Shown: positions 23,195 to 36,796 of the stretch, piece after piece
How the letters are laid out: each line of letters starts with the position of its first letter
How positions within the stretch are numbered: position 1 is the stretch's first letter
Source: Eledone cirrhosa
Taxonomy: Eukaryota
Direction: 5' to 3'
Length of the DNA stretch: 64,000 nt
Assembly (NCBI GenBank): GCA_964016885.1
Contig: CAXHJY010000409.1
Coordinates: 109,535-173,534 of the forward strand
Program-made: the position numbers and the translations under genes
The notes under the pieces: generated by a model
Told to the model about the DNA's origin: nothing
Database searches by the model: none
The model's input: only the letters and a program-made list of their open reading frames with translations

Positions 23195-24881
23195 GTACGA
23201 CTATGTTGTTATTGCTATGAATCTAATCCAAACTTACCTCAATAACCTTGAGAACATATCAATATTTGGTCCTGATTGAGTTACTGTATTTCACCCTACT
23301 CCCGCCTGTCAGTTTTGTAATGAAATAACAAACGTAATATTATTGTCTTTTAAATGGAATATTAATTAGTTTCTATTGTGACCTTAATGTCCTCTACTTC
23401 TATAATGTAATGCTAGATATAACAACAAAATATGTCTTAAAAGGAGACGCGAATGTGTTCCTTTACAGACACATGAAACTAAGACGAAAGTTTTAATAAG
23501 TTGAACACCAGGTCTGCCCAATCAAAGTTGACTTAGGACTAAATATTTGCTTTCCTATAATTTTACACGTGTAATTTACCGTCACTTATAATTTCATGAA
23601 TTATTTATTCTTATTTCGTCTAAATCGTATAATTTAACACATGGGAATTCCTGATCAGGTAGATATGTCTGCACATCTTTAGTGAAACTAGCTATAGATG
23701 CTAATTATATATTTCAACGAATGATGACATAGGCGGAGCATTGGTAAAGAAGTTAGAGTGTATGGCAAACATAGTGCAGATTCTGTTATTTCATCGAACA
23801 TTCTTAGTGAAAAAGGGAGATCTAATCTTAGCTCGTATAGTTGTTTGTTTCAATTTAAAATGTGTGATAATATTGAAGACTGTTGCTTCTGACAGGACCC
23901 GCTGGAAGAAGTCTTTGAGGGCTCTGCTCTCACGACCCTCTCGAGAATAAGTGGGCGAAGAAAAAAACGAACAAATATCAAAATGCCGTGTGGTGTTTGT
24001 CCTGGCCTTCTGAGCCCGCTGCAGTTAACTTTGCTTTTTATCCTTTCCATGATGATGTAATAAAAAGTCATCTTTCGATTTAAGAGCATATGCACTTCCG
24101 ACAATTTCCTTAAAATGTTTATTATCAAAGAAAATTGGTTAAAATTAAATTATAAAGTAGTAATATCGAATACATTCTAAAATGTGTATAAAAGTAAACA
24201 AACGTATGTTTAGAAACTTTTCATCTTCATCCAACAGCAGGTAGGCTTATGGCCCGTCAGTTAAGAAGTTCCTCCAGAACAACCCCTTCTTTTTGTTGTA
24301 TTAACGGTTTTTATTATCCATCGCCGCCGGCTTGCTAGACCTATCTCGAAATTAATGACTATAGAAAACTAGTCTAAATAATAGGGCATAAATGGGCATT
24401 AGCACTTGTTCATTAATACTGCCCCAACAGAATTTCTACTTTATTTACTGGTGGGGATTGCTGGAAATGTTCGTGATTTTAAAATGATATCAAAATTCCC
24501 AAAATATAATCCAAATACAACACTGATTTTCCGGCACTTTTGTCCCAGACCCAAATTCTCCGTTTTGGCAGACTAATGAAGATTAGGTAATAATAATTCA
24601 GAAAAACATTCCGCTGTCATCCTATTTAATAGCGTTTTCGCTTTAAATTACTCCGTTTATTCCATAAAACAGGAAGACGGAAACACTCTCCATACACCCA
24701 AGCTACAGTATGTAAAGTCGAGTATGTTTTAACACACTATGCTTGAAAACCATAACTAGGGATTAATGTTAATAAAATCAGATAAGAATGGCCCCCAATT
24801 TGCAGAGCTGCAGCAATTATCTATATCTGTGGAAACTAGGTAAACTATTCTGAGGGGATCCAGAAAATTTAAGTGTCCACT

Positions 24882-25150
24882 GATGGTGCATGGCCTAGTG
24901 CTCAGTGTGTTACACTTACGATCATAAAGTCGTAGGTTTGATTTCTGGACCGGGTTGCGTGTTATATTCTTGAGCAAAACATTTCATTTCATATTGCTCC
25001 ACTTTACTCAACTGAAAATGAGTGTTTAACTCTACGATGGACTGGCATCTTGTCCAGCGAGGTAGTCATATACTCATAGTTGCTTAACTCCAAAGAAGCT
25101 GAGATAAGCACTGGCCTAATGGCCTCCAATCGTGAAACAGACTTTAGACT
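24882..25150 (+). mobile_element. tRNA-derived SINE family B (CORE-like), diverged
   Basis: A-box-like tggcctagtg, B-box-like ggtttgatttc, ttcttgagcaaaacatttcatttc..ttgctcca core. A related minus copy lies at 49795-49945. Confidence 0.65.
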
Positions 25151-25986
25151 TAAGAAATAATACACAGTGCCATCTGTGGCTACCCAGTGGGTCACAGAAA
25201 ATTTAAGTGTTCACTCATAAAAAGGAGATTATTGTCAGAATGAACCAAGGAAACTATTGTTTCCATTGGTCTTTCTATTGCTGATACCATCTGCTGGTCA
25301 TAATTCCTGACAGAAATTATGTCCCAATTAAAAAAGCAGTGTTAGACCGTGAGATGCTGGTATATTGGTGTGGTACCTGTAGTGGTCCAGGGTGGTGGAT
25401 TGGCAGAATTACTAAAGTTTAAAAGCAAGATGTTTTGTGCAGCTTGCTCTGACTCTCTAAGTTCAAACTCCACTGTGACCTACATGGGCAGTAGATTTAA
25501 TCAATTACCTGATTTTCGATCACCTCCATGTTTTTAACGCCCTTCACTCTGAGTAAACATTAAGCAAAATAAGCACATAATTAGGACCTCAAGTAAAAAG
25601 GGATTCCATGGATATTTATTCCAGTATAATATATTGCAGTTTGTTCCATATACAGTGTATAGGGGTACCATAATCTTTTCAGTATTTAGTGCTTCTAAAG
25701 TAGATCCTCCATTTGAGGATACCTTCCATTAGTTGCAGTGGCCTTGAAAAGAATCATAGCTACTGCCTTTTCTTCCATGGCTAAATAGTAAATATAGTGA
25801 TAAAGTTAAGTGGCTTTTTTTATGTTAATGCTTCAAATTTTATCTATAGCCATTGTTTTGTCTACTCATTGTCATCATTGTTTAATGTCTATTTTCCGTG
25901 CTAGCATGGGTTAGACAGGTTGTCATGTTTTGAGGTTAGGCTAGTCAGGTGATCATTTCATGTTCATACTTTCAATTTTACACTTA

Positions 25987-28635
25987 GTTTCTATGGCTAG
26001 ATGCCATTCCTAACACCAACCACTTCACAGCATGTACTGGGAGCGTGGTTTCTACAGCTTGATGCCCTTCCTAACACCAACCACTTCACAGCATGTACTG
26101 GGAGCATGGTTTCTACAGCTTGATGCCCTTCCTAACACCAACCACTTCACAGCATGTACTGGGAGCATGGTTTCTACAGCTTGATGCTCTTCCTAACACC
26201 AACCACTTCACAGCATGTACTGGGAGCATGGTTTCTACAGCTTGATGCTCTTCCTAACACCAACCACTTCACAGCATGTACTGGGAGCATGGTTTCTACA
26301 GCTTGATGCCCTTCCTAACACCAACCACTTCACAGCATGTACTGGGAGCATGGTTTCTACAGCTTGATGCTCTTCCTAACACCAACCACTTCACAGCATG
26401 TACTGGGAGCATGGTTTCTACAGCTTGATGCCCTTCCTAACACCAACCACTTCATAGCATGTACTGGGAGCATGGTTTCTACAACTTGATGCCCTTCCTA
26501 ACACCAACCACTTCATAGCATGTACTGGGAGCATGGTTTCTACAACTTGATGCCCTTCCTAACACCAACCACTTCACAGCATGTACTGGGAGCATGGTTT
26601 CTACAGCTTGATGCCCTTCCTAACACCAACCACTTCACAGCATGTACTGGGAGCATGGTTTCTACAGCTTGATGCCCTTCCTAACACCAACCACTTCATA
26701 GCATGTACTGGGAGCATGTTTTCTACAGCTTGATGCCCTTCCTAACACCAACCACTTCATAGCATGTACTGGGAGCATGGTTTCTACAGCTTGATGCCCT
26801 TCCTAACACCAACCACTTCATAGCATGTACTGGGAGCATGGTTTCTACAGCTTGATGCCCTTCCTAACACCAACCACTTCACAGCATGTACTGGGAGCAT
26901 GGTTTCTACAGCTTGATGCCCTTCCTAACACCAACCACTTCACAGCATGTACTGGGAGCATGGTTTCTACAGCTTGATGCCCTTCCTAACACAACCACTT
27001 CATAGCATGTACTGGGAGCATGGTTTCTACAGCTTGATGCCCTTCCTAACACCAACCACTTCATAGCATGTACTGTGAGCATGGTTTCTACAGCTTGATG
27101 CCCTTCCTAACACCAACCACTTCACAGCATGTACTGGGAGCATGGTTTCTACAGCTTGATGCCCTTCCTAACACCAACCACTTCACAGCATGTACTGGGA
27201 GCGTGGTTTCTACAGCTTGATGCCCTTCCTAACACCAACCACTTCACAGCATGTACTGGGAGCATGGTTTCTACAGCTTGATGCTCTTCCTAACACCAAC
27301 CACTTCATAGCATGTACTGGGAGCATGGTTTCTACAGCTTGATGCCCTTCCTAACACCAACCACTTCATAGCATGTACTGGGAGCATGGTTTCTACAGCT
27401 TGATGCCCTTCCTAACACCAACCACTTCACAGCATGTACTGGGAGCATGGTTTCTACAGCTTGATGCCCTTCCTAACACCAACCACTTCATAGCATGTAC
27501 TGGGAGCATGGTTTCTACAGCTTGATGCCCTTCCTAACACCAACCACTTCACAGCATGTACTGGGAGCATGGTTTCTACAGCTTGATGCTCTTCCTAACA
27601 CCAACCACTTCACAGCATGTACTGGGAGCATGGTTTCTACAGCTTGATGCCCTTCCTAACACCAACCACTTCATAGCATGTACTGGGAGCATGGTTTCTA
27701 CAGCTTGATGCCCTTCCTAACACCAACCACTTCATAGCATGTACTGGGAGCATGGTTTCTACAGCTTGATGCCCTTCCTAACACCAACCACTTCACAGCA
27801 TGTACTGGGAGCATGGTTTCTACAGCTTGATGCCCTTCCTAACACCAACCACTTCATAGCATGTACTGGGAGCATGGTTTCTACAGCTTGATGCCCTTCC
27901 TAACACCAACCACTTCATAGCATGTACTGGGAGCATGATTTCTACAGCTTGATGCCCTTCCTAACATCAACCACTTCACAGCATGTACTGGGAGCATGGT
28001 TTCTACAGCTTGATGCCCTTCCTAACACCAACCACTTCATAGCATGTACTGGGAGCATGGTTTCTACAGCTTGATGCCCTTCCTAACACCAACCACTTCA
28101 TAGCATGTACTGGGAGTATGGTTTCTACAGCTTGATGCCCTTCCTAACACCAACCACTTCACAGCATGTACTGGGAGCATGGTTTCTACAGCTTGATGCC
28201 CTTCCTAACACCAACCACTTCATAGCATGTACTGGGAGCATGGTTTCTACAGCTTGATGCCCTTCCTAACACCAACCACTTCATAGCATGTACTGGGAGC
28301 ATGATTTCTACAGCTTGATGCCCTTCCTAACATCAACCACTTCACAGCATGTACTGGGAGCATGGTTTCTACAGCTTGATGCCCTTCCTAACACCAACCA
28401 CTTCACAGCATGTACTGGGAGCATGGTTTCTACAGCTTGATGCCCTTCCTAACACCAACCACTTCATAGCATGTACTGGGAGCATGGTTTCTACAGCTTG
28501 ATGCCCTTCCTAACACCAACCACTTCATAGCATGTACTGGGAGCATGGTTTCTACAGCTTGATGCCCTTCCTAACAACAACCACTTCATAGCATGTACTG
28601 GGAGCATGGTTTCTACAGCTTGATGCCCTTCCTAC
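25987..28635. repeat. 61-bp satellite, ~43 copies, in TIMM13 intron 1
   Basis: Unit ggtttctacagcttgatgcccttcctaacaccaaccacttca(c/t)agcatgtactgggagcat, highly homogeneous. Confidence 0.97.
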
Positions 28636-29255
28636 TTTAAAGTGTGTACTGCAAACATTTTATTGTGACTTCAGCAGTACTACCTTATAGTGTGGACTGG
28701 ATATTTTTGTCATGGCACCAGCACTGAAAATGTTGACAGTAGTTGGGGAGATCATATTGTGTCAGTCAGTGGGTAGGGGTGACCTTGAAGAGAATATATT
28801 GTGTATAGTGATATATTGGGAGACGTGCCTAGCTTTCCATGCTGGCATGGGTTGGACAAGGGAGTGAATCAGGTATGTGGTGGTGGGGGGGTGGGGCACA
28901 TCTTTTTACCATGCTGGTTGTTCATGGCAATGAATTGGAGTTGAGGTAGGGTGGGAGGAGAGCACAGTATGGGTGGGGGGTGTGAATGCTTTTTTCATTC
29001 TGTTCTGTGCTGGCATGAGTTAGGTGAGGTAAGTTGGGGTGGTATTTGGAGAAAGGAGATACAATTAGTAAGGTGGACAGAAGGGTCACCCTAAAATCCA
29101 GTACTGCAATGTTGTTTACCAAAAGATCTGATGTTGTTGTATAAGCTTCAAACAAAGGTTTTCAAAGCCTGAAATTTGACAATATATTTGATAAAATATA
29201 TAAACCTGCATGTTGAGACTTGAACAATATAATTTTTCTGTGTATTATCTATTTT

Positions 29256-29433
29256 TGGCAGTATCGGTAGAGGGTTGGACACCATGCTTTCCAGCATAGT
29301 TACGTCCCTTTACAGTCTGAGTTCAAATCCCGCCGAGGTTAACTTTGCCTTTCATCCTTACGGGGTCGATAAAATAAAGTACCAGTAATGTACTGGGTAA
29401 TTGCTGGCCTTGTGCCAAATGTAGAAACAATTA
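29256..29433 (+). mobile_element. SINE family A
   Basis: Near-consensus copy. Confidence 0.9.
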
Positions 29434-29480
29434 TCTATTACAACTCTTAGCAATATCAGTTGCAACAGTTTTAGCATTAA

Positions 29481-30443
29481 CTAGCAGTGGATCCCAGCAT
29501 TGCATGGGATTGGAAAAATTAAACTTCAAAAGTGTAGTAACGCGTATAAATAAAAAATCAAATATGATTGTGAGTTGCGCACATGGAGCAGAAACATAGG
29601 TTGTAGTTTGTGCCCTACTACTTTGGTGTTATTGTTGCTAACTATTGGCGGAGACTTTTTCAATAAATCCATTCTGACTCTTTTTCTGGTACAACCGATG
29701 TCTTATGAAATGTGGCCTTTATACTAAACATCTGTGCATCACGTGCTATGCCAGTGGGGAAAAATCGATAAACCCGCATGGACCAAGCAGTAAACCATGC
29801 AATTGAGGTGGCCGTTTGAGTTGATTTTCTGCTGCTAGGGGCTACAGTATGTAGAACAACTAAAATTTTTTGAGTAAAAAATATTAAATGGAACACAATG
29901 CATAATTGGTGCAAATTTGAATAAAATCGGCCACAAACTGTAAAAGTTATTGATGTCAATACGTTTTTAAATTTAGTTTTTCTCACAGGGTCCGAATTAG
30001 ATAAAAACTCGAAAAATTGGTTAGTCCAAAATAATGTTTGGTACACGAGGCATAGTTGTTCCAAATTTAAAGGAAATTGGTTGCAAACTGTATAGGCATT
30101 ATAACGATGCGGATTTTTTCGATTTGTTTTTTTCTAGTCCAGGAGGTGCACTAAACAAAATGTTATGAGTCCAAAATAAAGTGGGGAACATGATGCATGT
30201 TTGTTCCAAATTTGAAGGAAATCAGATCTAAACTGTAGAAGTTATTGACAAAAAGATTTTTTTGAGTCGGGATTTTTTCTCTTATAGAGGGCACAGTAAA
30301 CACAAATTTGAAAGTGTAATGAGTTCGTATGAAGGTCAGGAACATAATACATGTTTGTGCCAAATTTGAACAAAAATCGGTTGCAAGTTGTAGAAGTTAT
30401 GCGGAAACAGACACACACACACAGTCTATTTTATATATATAGA
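29481..30443 (-). mobile_element. Non-autonomous Helitron-like element
   Basis: Minus strand starts A|TCtatatatataaaatagactgtgtg and ends with hairpin cccatgcaatgctggg then CTAG|T. No TSD. Internal ~150-bp subrepeats (ttcaaatttgg.acaaac). Confidence 0.8.
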
Positions 30444-30924
30444 TTACGTTCTTAAAATTAAGCCAGTTTTGGTATTTAAATTTGCCACTGATAGAGAACT
30501 AGACTTTGAAGTAAATATTGCTTAAACTATTTCCAAGAAATTAAATAAAACTGGCATCAGAAAGTATAATTGTTTAATGACAATCTAGTTATCATTTTTA
30601 TGTTCTGTTGTCTTTGAGGCAGGTTTTTCTCTGACCAGATGTCCATCTTGATACCAATACATACTTTATTTTTAAGTGTGGTATATACTAGTGGTTGCCA
30701 ATTTGGATATTATTTGCAATTTCTATGTTTTATAATAAAACAAAAATATTATTCGGTAAAATATATTTTATAACACCCTTAAAAATGTTTCTCCTCAGTA
30801 AAGAACTAACATCCATGAAAGAATTTTACACATATATACGATCTATCAACAATATGTATGACACACGCTTCAGTATTGTTTAATAAAATGGAAACTTTTG
30901 GATTATTATTTTACAAATGTATTT

Positions 30925-31400
30925 ATCATCATCATCATCATTTTACGCCCGCTTTTCCCTGTTTGCAAGGGTGGGATGGGTCCTAATCAGCACAGCATCT
31001 CTCCACTTGTTACGATCCTTCGTCATCTCCTCCGTGAGCTTCAGCAATCTGTGGTCTGCTCTCACCACCTCCGCCCATGTTTTTCGTGGTCTTCCTCTAC
31101 TGCGTCTTCCTTATACTGGCATTTCTTGGCACTTCTTTACCCAGCGGTCATCCTCCATGCGCATCACATGTCCATACCATCGCAGTCTTCTCTCCCGCAC
31201 ACTATAACTTATCCCTCTTAAATACAGTTTCTCTCAACTCATCCATGCTTGGTCGTTCACGTAAATTGACATTACACATCCAACGGAGCATGCTTGCTTC
31301 ATTTCTCTCCATCTATCGCATATCCTCTGCAGCTGCTGCCCATGTTTCACTACCATGCAGCATCACACAGGCATCATATAACTGGCCTTTCCAAAAGGTT
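30925..31400 (-). mobile_element. RTE LINE 3' fragment
   Basis: RLRWYGHVMRMEDDRWVKKC..GRPRKTWAEVV on the minus strand, with (GAT)n tail. Confidence 0.85.
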
Positions 31401-31739
31401 GGCGATCACTGGTATATGCCATTGACTTCCTTTGAACTATAAGAATGTCTTAGACAGAACTGAAACATCAATGTACAAAGGTACGCACATACACACACGT
31501 CTACTTTCCTCCTTTACAGTTTCTGTCTACCAAATTCCCTCCCAAGATATGTCCCAGTGTAGGTGATGATGTTGATAGTAGTGACCATTTGTCCAATGAT
31601 TATACCACTTTTCAGTCTTATCACCTTCACCATGTTTTACTCAGTTCGTTACATGATTTTATTTCTTCATTCTAATCACTTTACATACTTCAGGGCCATA
31701 AAAATTAGAAATTCATTAACAAATTTCTTTATTTTTCAG

Positions 31740-31808
31740 AGGATGTCTGAAAAGTGTTTCAAGAAATGTATATTGAAACCTGGTTCTTCTCTTGATAATT
31801 CTGAGCAG
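31740..31808 (+). CDS. TIMM13: Tim13 exon 2
   Basis: tttttcag|RMSEKCFKKCILKPGSSLDNSEQ|gtaagt, first CX3C, phase 0/0. Confidence 0.95.
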
Positions 31809-32509
31809 GTAAGTTGATGTATTATTAGTGTAATCTGGGTTTTCTCTCGTTAATACAGGTAAGTTGAGGTATTATAATGTAACCTGGGGTCTTCTCTCAT
31901 TATTTACAAGTAAGTTGTGTTATAGTGTAACCTGGGTTTTCTCTTAATACAGGTCACCTGTTATAGTGAAAAACTGGTTCATCTTTCAGCTGTCACATTC
32001 TGGTTGTTCCACTAACTAGGTCAAAGGAGGTAGGGTCAAGAGAGTGTCTGCTCATGATTGCTCAGGCACCTAAAATCTTGGTACACACTACCAAGTCATA
32101 CTTGATTGTGTGCAATGGTCATAATTTAGGGTAGTATGTCAAATTTAAATTTAAATGTTGCTTGGATTTACAGAACTACTTGATTTCTGCTAACAGAAAT
32201 ATAAGATGGATATGAAAATATTCAATTGATTCCCTAAAAACTAATTAACTATTGCATTTTGACATTTTTTAGGTACACTTTATTTATAGTACTAAGTTAG
32301 TTGTTAATTTTTATCTCTTTTAATGTTTAGAAGTTTGCAATTTTTTCAATTAACACTTTGATTACAAATTTAATATTTAGTCAAACATAAAGAGAAAAAA
32401 AAGTAGCATTGCAAAAAACTATAAATGAAAGGAAAGGGAGGGAAGGAGCAAGGATTATTAAGCAATGAAAGAAAGGGAAGAGGGTGACAGACTTTACACT
32501 TAAGTCAGA

Positions 32510-32790
32510 GTGGTGTTTCAGCTATGCCCTGCAGACATAATGGCAAAGGCATTGCCATGGACAGCAACACCTGTTGCAACAGCCACACCATCTTGTAGGG
32601 CTATTTCCTGGGCTGCTGTACAGGGTCCGACAATGCCTATGATCTTGACAGTGACCGATGCAAAGAGGAAGTGGCTGGACAAGCCCTGGTATATGCTTAT
32701 CTTCCCATCCTTTACATTGTGGGCTGCAGTACCAGGGTTTGTGGCCAAAGCGGCTTTGTTGGAGGTGGAGAACATGTCACATCCCTGGTA
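32510..32790 (-). mobile_element. Old CRE-like RLE C-terminal fragment in TIMM13 intron 2
   Basis: PGTAAHNVKDGKISIYQGLSSHFLFASVTVKIIGIVGP...VAVHGNAFAI parallels the C-terminus of the element at 6970-7250. Confidence 0.55.
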
Positions 32791-33997
32791 AGGGATTTAC
32801 CTGTCTTCAATTGGAAGAGGGTAACATTGCCTATGATTTTCAGATATTTTTTTTAAAGAATCAAGAATTTGAAGGGATTTAGTAATAACCAATTTTTTCA
32901 TTATTGAGCTGGTTGTTAGGAACATAAATTAACAAAGGTTCTTACATAAAATTATGATGGAAACTTTTTAGATACATATAAACACTTTAAAACAGTTTTG
33001 TATCATAGAACCAAAAGTGGTTTGGTATCAAAAAGGTTACACTGAGTTCAAGTATTTCTGTAAACTCACCACCCCACCTATGATTAAGGTATGTGACATG
33101 TTTATTGTGGGAATACTGAATAATCATATTCAACTCTAAATTTTAAAGTTTAAAACCTTATGACAGCCTTAATGACTGTCTATAGTGGATCATTTGGAAA
33201 CCAATTTAAAGTTTCCCCGTCATTATGAATTTAAATCTAGGAAAGGTATCCAGCTGTAAAAACCATGTCAGAATGGAATATATGAGCAAGACATGGTCCT
33301 TTGTCTTGTCTAGTCTCAGAATGTGACAACCTGTCTATCCTATGTCAGAATGGAAAATAGATGTTAAACAGTGGTGATAATGATTGGAATGGATCCAGTT
33401 TATTATTGTAGTGAATAAAGAATCTACCACCACAACTGCTACCACAACCACAATCTCCATAAAAATGTCACAACAAAAAGCACCCAGTCCACACTGTAAC
33501 GAGTGGTTGTGTAAGCATCACAACAAAGAGCATCCAGTACTTACTGTAAAAATGAGGTTAGTGTTAGGAATGGCATCCAGCTGTAGAATCCAAGCTGAAA
33601 TCAGTCCTGTATGAGCAAGACATGATCACCTGACCTAGCATACAGGATAATTCGCCTAACCCATGCTAGCATGGAAATATGGATGTAAAACGGTGATGAT
33701 GATGTATCATACAGTCTGCAAACTTTCTTTCTTACGAAATGGCAATAGAAGATTTTTTTATCAAAGGGATTTCTATGAATTGTGTAGAATACTTGTAAAT
33801 ACATCTCAATCAAAATAGCTCTGTTAGAATTCTCTCCGAAACAATCTCCACACTTCATAATTTTATATAAGAACTTTTGCTGTGTGCCAAATATCATCTT
33901 AATAGTGGGAAAATTATATTACTAAATCCAACAAATTCTTCACTATTTTCAGATCAAATTGAAAATCATAACCAGTCTCTTTCATTTGAAATAGTGA

Positions 33998-34210
33998 CTT
34001 AACTCTTAATATCCTGTCATGATTCAGCAGAAAAATATGTAAAAATGGATTTGTTAATAGTATCTTAACTACTGAACAGATCATTGAGAAAATTTGCAGT
34101 AAAGTATAACAAAGACTTCAATTTTTTATGTGATGCAGTCATGCTGTTTTGTAATTTTTAAGAATGTCTTGAAAATGTGGTTTCATATGGTACAGGACAT
34201 TAAAAGTTAA
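33998..34210. mobile_element. TTAA-flanked MITE (piggyBac-like); related copies at 37229-37431 and 49060-49281
   Basis: ttaactcttaatatcctgt ... acaggacattaaaagttaa terminal inverted repeats with shared internal sequence among copies. Confidence 0.6.
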
Positions 34211-34333
34211 AATTAGTTGATTTTAAGTTTATTGTGGTGCTCCTTTAGTAGTTACATTTAACTCTAAAAGAAACTGTTATTTAATAATATCTCATATTCA
34301 TTCTTTAATTTTATTTAAATTTGTATTTTTCAG

Positions 34334-34432
34334 AAATGTATAGCTATGTGTATGGATCGTTACATGGATTCTTGGAATTTAGTTTCTCGAGTATATAGCA
34401 GTCGGCTAAGCAAGGAACGAGCAAAGATGTAA
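34334..34432 (+). CDS. TIMM13: Tim13 exon 3 (stop)
   Basis: tttttcag|[35 protein letters not shown], second CX3C. Spliced product is 91 aa. Candidate polyA signal ATTAAA at 34656. Confidence 0.95.
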   Translation, partial: KCIAMCMDRYMDSWNLVSRVYSSRLSKERAKM

Positions 34433-36685
34433 TTCTGGTTGCATTGAATTTATTCAGGATTGTAGCTTTGTACCTTTTGTACAGGCTAAAAGGAAATGAG
34501 TTTTGAATTTTCAGTAGTATAACTGAACAGACTTTGGAGTTCTCTGCAGCTGTTGTAGCAATGGTGTTATATATAACAACAGTCAGAAATATAGATAACA
34601 AATCGATTCATTTTTATTTTCTCTCTTTCTTTATCATCCATGTGGAAAAATGTTCATTAAAGAAATTTGTTTTGTTTTGTTTTTTTAAGAAAAATAATGT
34701 AAACATTATATAACAAAAAACTAAATGCTTAGTGCAATTTGTTGACAAATAAGTTTTTAATTAAAAAAACAAATCACAATTTTGAAATGTTTTAGTTATG
34801 TTTGTTTCTAGAATTGTCTCATTTATATTTCATTAATTGTTTCCTGTTAAGTAATCTACTTCAGAGATTATCTTGGTTAAATTATATTTGGTTTATTAAT
34901 CCTTGTAAGAGTCAGTTTAATACAGCATGCCTGAATTATCAGTCATAGTTCTTGATAGCATGTCTGGAAGTTTAGGAAGGTCAGTCTTGGTTTTTTATGG
35001 CTGGATATCACTGACCACTCTACAGAGTGTATTGGGTTCGTGATTTCTACAGCTGGATGTCCTTATCACCAACCACTTTACATAATGTACTGGGTGCATC
35101 CAATAAGAAATATTTCACAAGATTGTTTTCCTTAAAATGAGTGGTTAATAACAAAATTTATAAAGTTGTTAAGTTTAAAGATAGGGTAATAAGAGAAGTT
35201 TCTAATACAATTACTTCACCTTTTATAGAAATAACAGCCAAATCACTCTCATACCATACAATCTTTAAAAAAAATATATTGGTGATAGAAAAAGACAGGA
35301 CGGTCAAGATTGGAACATGTTTTATTCTAGGTCTGCTTGATAAGATTTAATCAGGACCTAAACAGCAACAACCAGGATCTAAACAAAAAGACATGCTTAA
35401 CATTTATAAACTGTATTGAAGCAAAGATATGGAGACAGAAACTTTTCTTTTTGTGAAATGCTTTATTTGAAAGATGTTAGAAGTGGAGGTTAAACTGAGT
35501 ATATGGATGGATGGAATATTTGTTCTGAAGAAAGAAAAGTTCATGGTAATGCTGAGATCCAGATTTAATGAAAGGGATTAATATCACCTCCATATTTTTA
35601 ATTTACAGCATCTTTCTCATTAAAAAATTAATATCAAACTAGAATAATATATATTCAGCTATATATAACTTCTATCTTTGTCTTTGAATTATTTGAAATA
35701 AAAAGAATATCAAAACCTGTCTTCTCAGTTCAGTGTAGTTTTACATAGTAATACTTTTCACATCATAATGGTTTCATTTCTATCCAGCAACAAAACTGTC
35801 ATAATAGAAATAATCCTACTGTAATTTCAGTTTGATAATTTAAACATTTGAAATTTTCCTTGGTTCTAAACAGGAATCTAGAACAAATCTCTAATAATTT
35901 TATACAGTTTGTACAAAAATAGATACAACCGATCAAAAGACAAATTGGATTTTATACCTCCAGTCATAAACATGGTTTTAATGTTTGATTAGCTCAACTG
36001 AATTGTTAATTAGTTAATGAACAAATTGAAAATGTAGGATGTCAATTTTTTTTGTTTTTGTTTTGGAAGAACCCAACAGAGGTACCAATCATTATTCTAG
36101 TCAACATTCATTCAAACATATTTGCTAACATTCAATATTGGAGTAATTCCATGGTGTTTTTTATCTGTTTCTCTTATGTTTCTCATATTTTCATAAGACT
36201 TTCATCTGAAAGTTTGACATTTACAAAAATGTATACAACACCATTAGACTGAGTTATGTAACACCACTAAAACTATTATCAATTACTTGTTTCTTTTTAC
36301 AATGGCCATTGGTCATTATTATTCATGTAAATACCTGATTACTATATAGCCATGGTGTAATTTTCCATGGACATTCATCAGTCTTCAGAAAATAATTTGT
36401 ATTAATATTACAATTAGTAAACAAAATAACATAAAAAAATTAGTTTGTATGGAGTTGGTAGTAACAAAACATCTGAGAAAGATCTATACTATGAGTAGTT
36501 TAACTAATGGTGATTTAGATTATATTGAAACCTGTTCTAGAGCATTATCCCACTACTATCTTTTAATCACTACAACTTGAGGTTGTTGGCATTAAAACCA
36601 ATTGTTGAAGTGTACAACTGTGAGATTGTGCTCCACACCTAGAACAAACCATCAGGTGATTTTAATTTAAACCAATTGTGTTGAT

Positions 36686-36796
36686 CTACAGCTTTGTCAT
36701 CTGTGTCACTTCTATTTCCAATACAGCAGGCCCATCTTTAGCTGGTGGCAATGTTGTTTCACTGGACTGTGGTGTGGAATGAGCAGAACCAACTTC
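36686..36796 (-). CDS. Unidentified gene, last coding exon
   Basis: ttttattgcag|EVGSAHSTPQSSETTLPPAKDGPAVLEIEVTQMTKL-TAG. Phase 0 matches the upstream donor. Confidence 0.75.
   Translation of the reverse strand, partial: EVGSAHSTPQSSETTLPPAKDGPAVLEIEVTQMTKL

Noticed and set aside
25987-28635. CRISPR-like appearance of the 61-bp array (also the 49-bp array at 50791-54372)
   Set aside because: No unique spacers, no cas genes, eukaryotic intronic context. These are plain tandem satellites.
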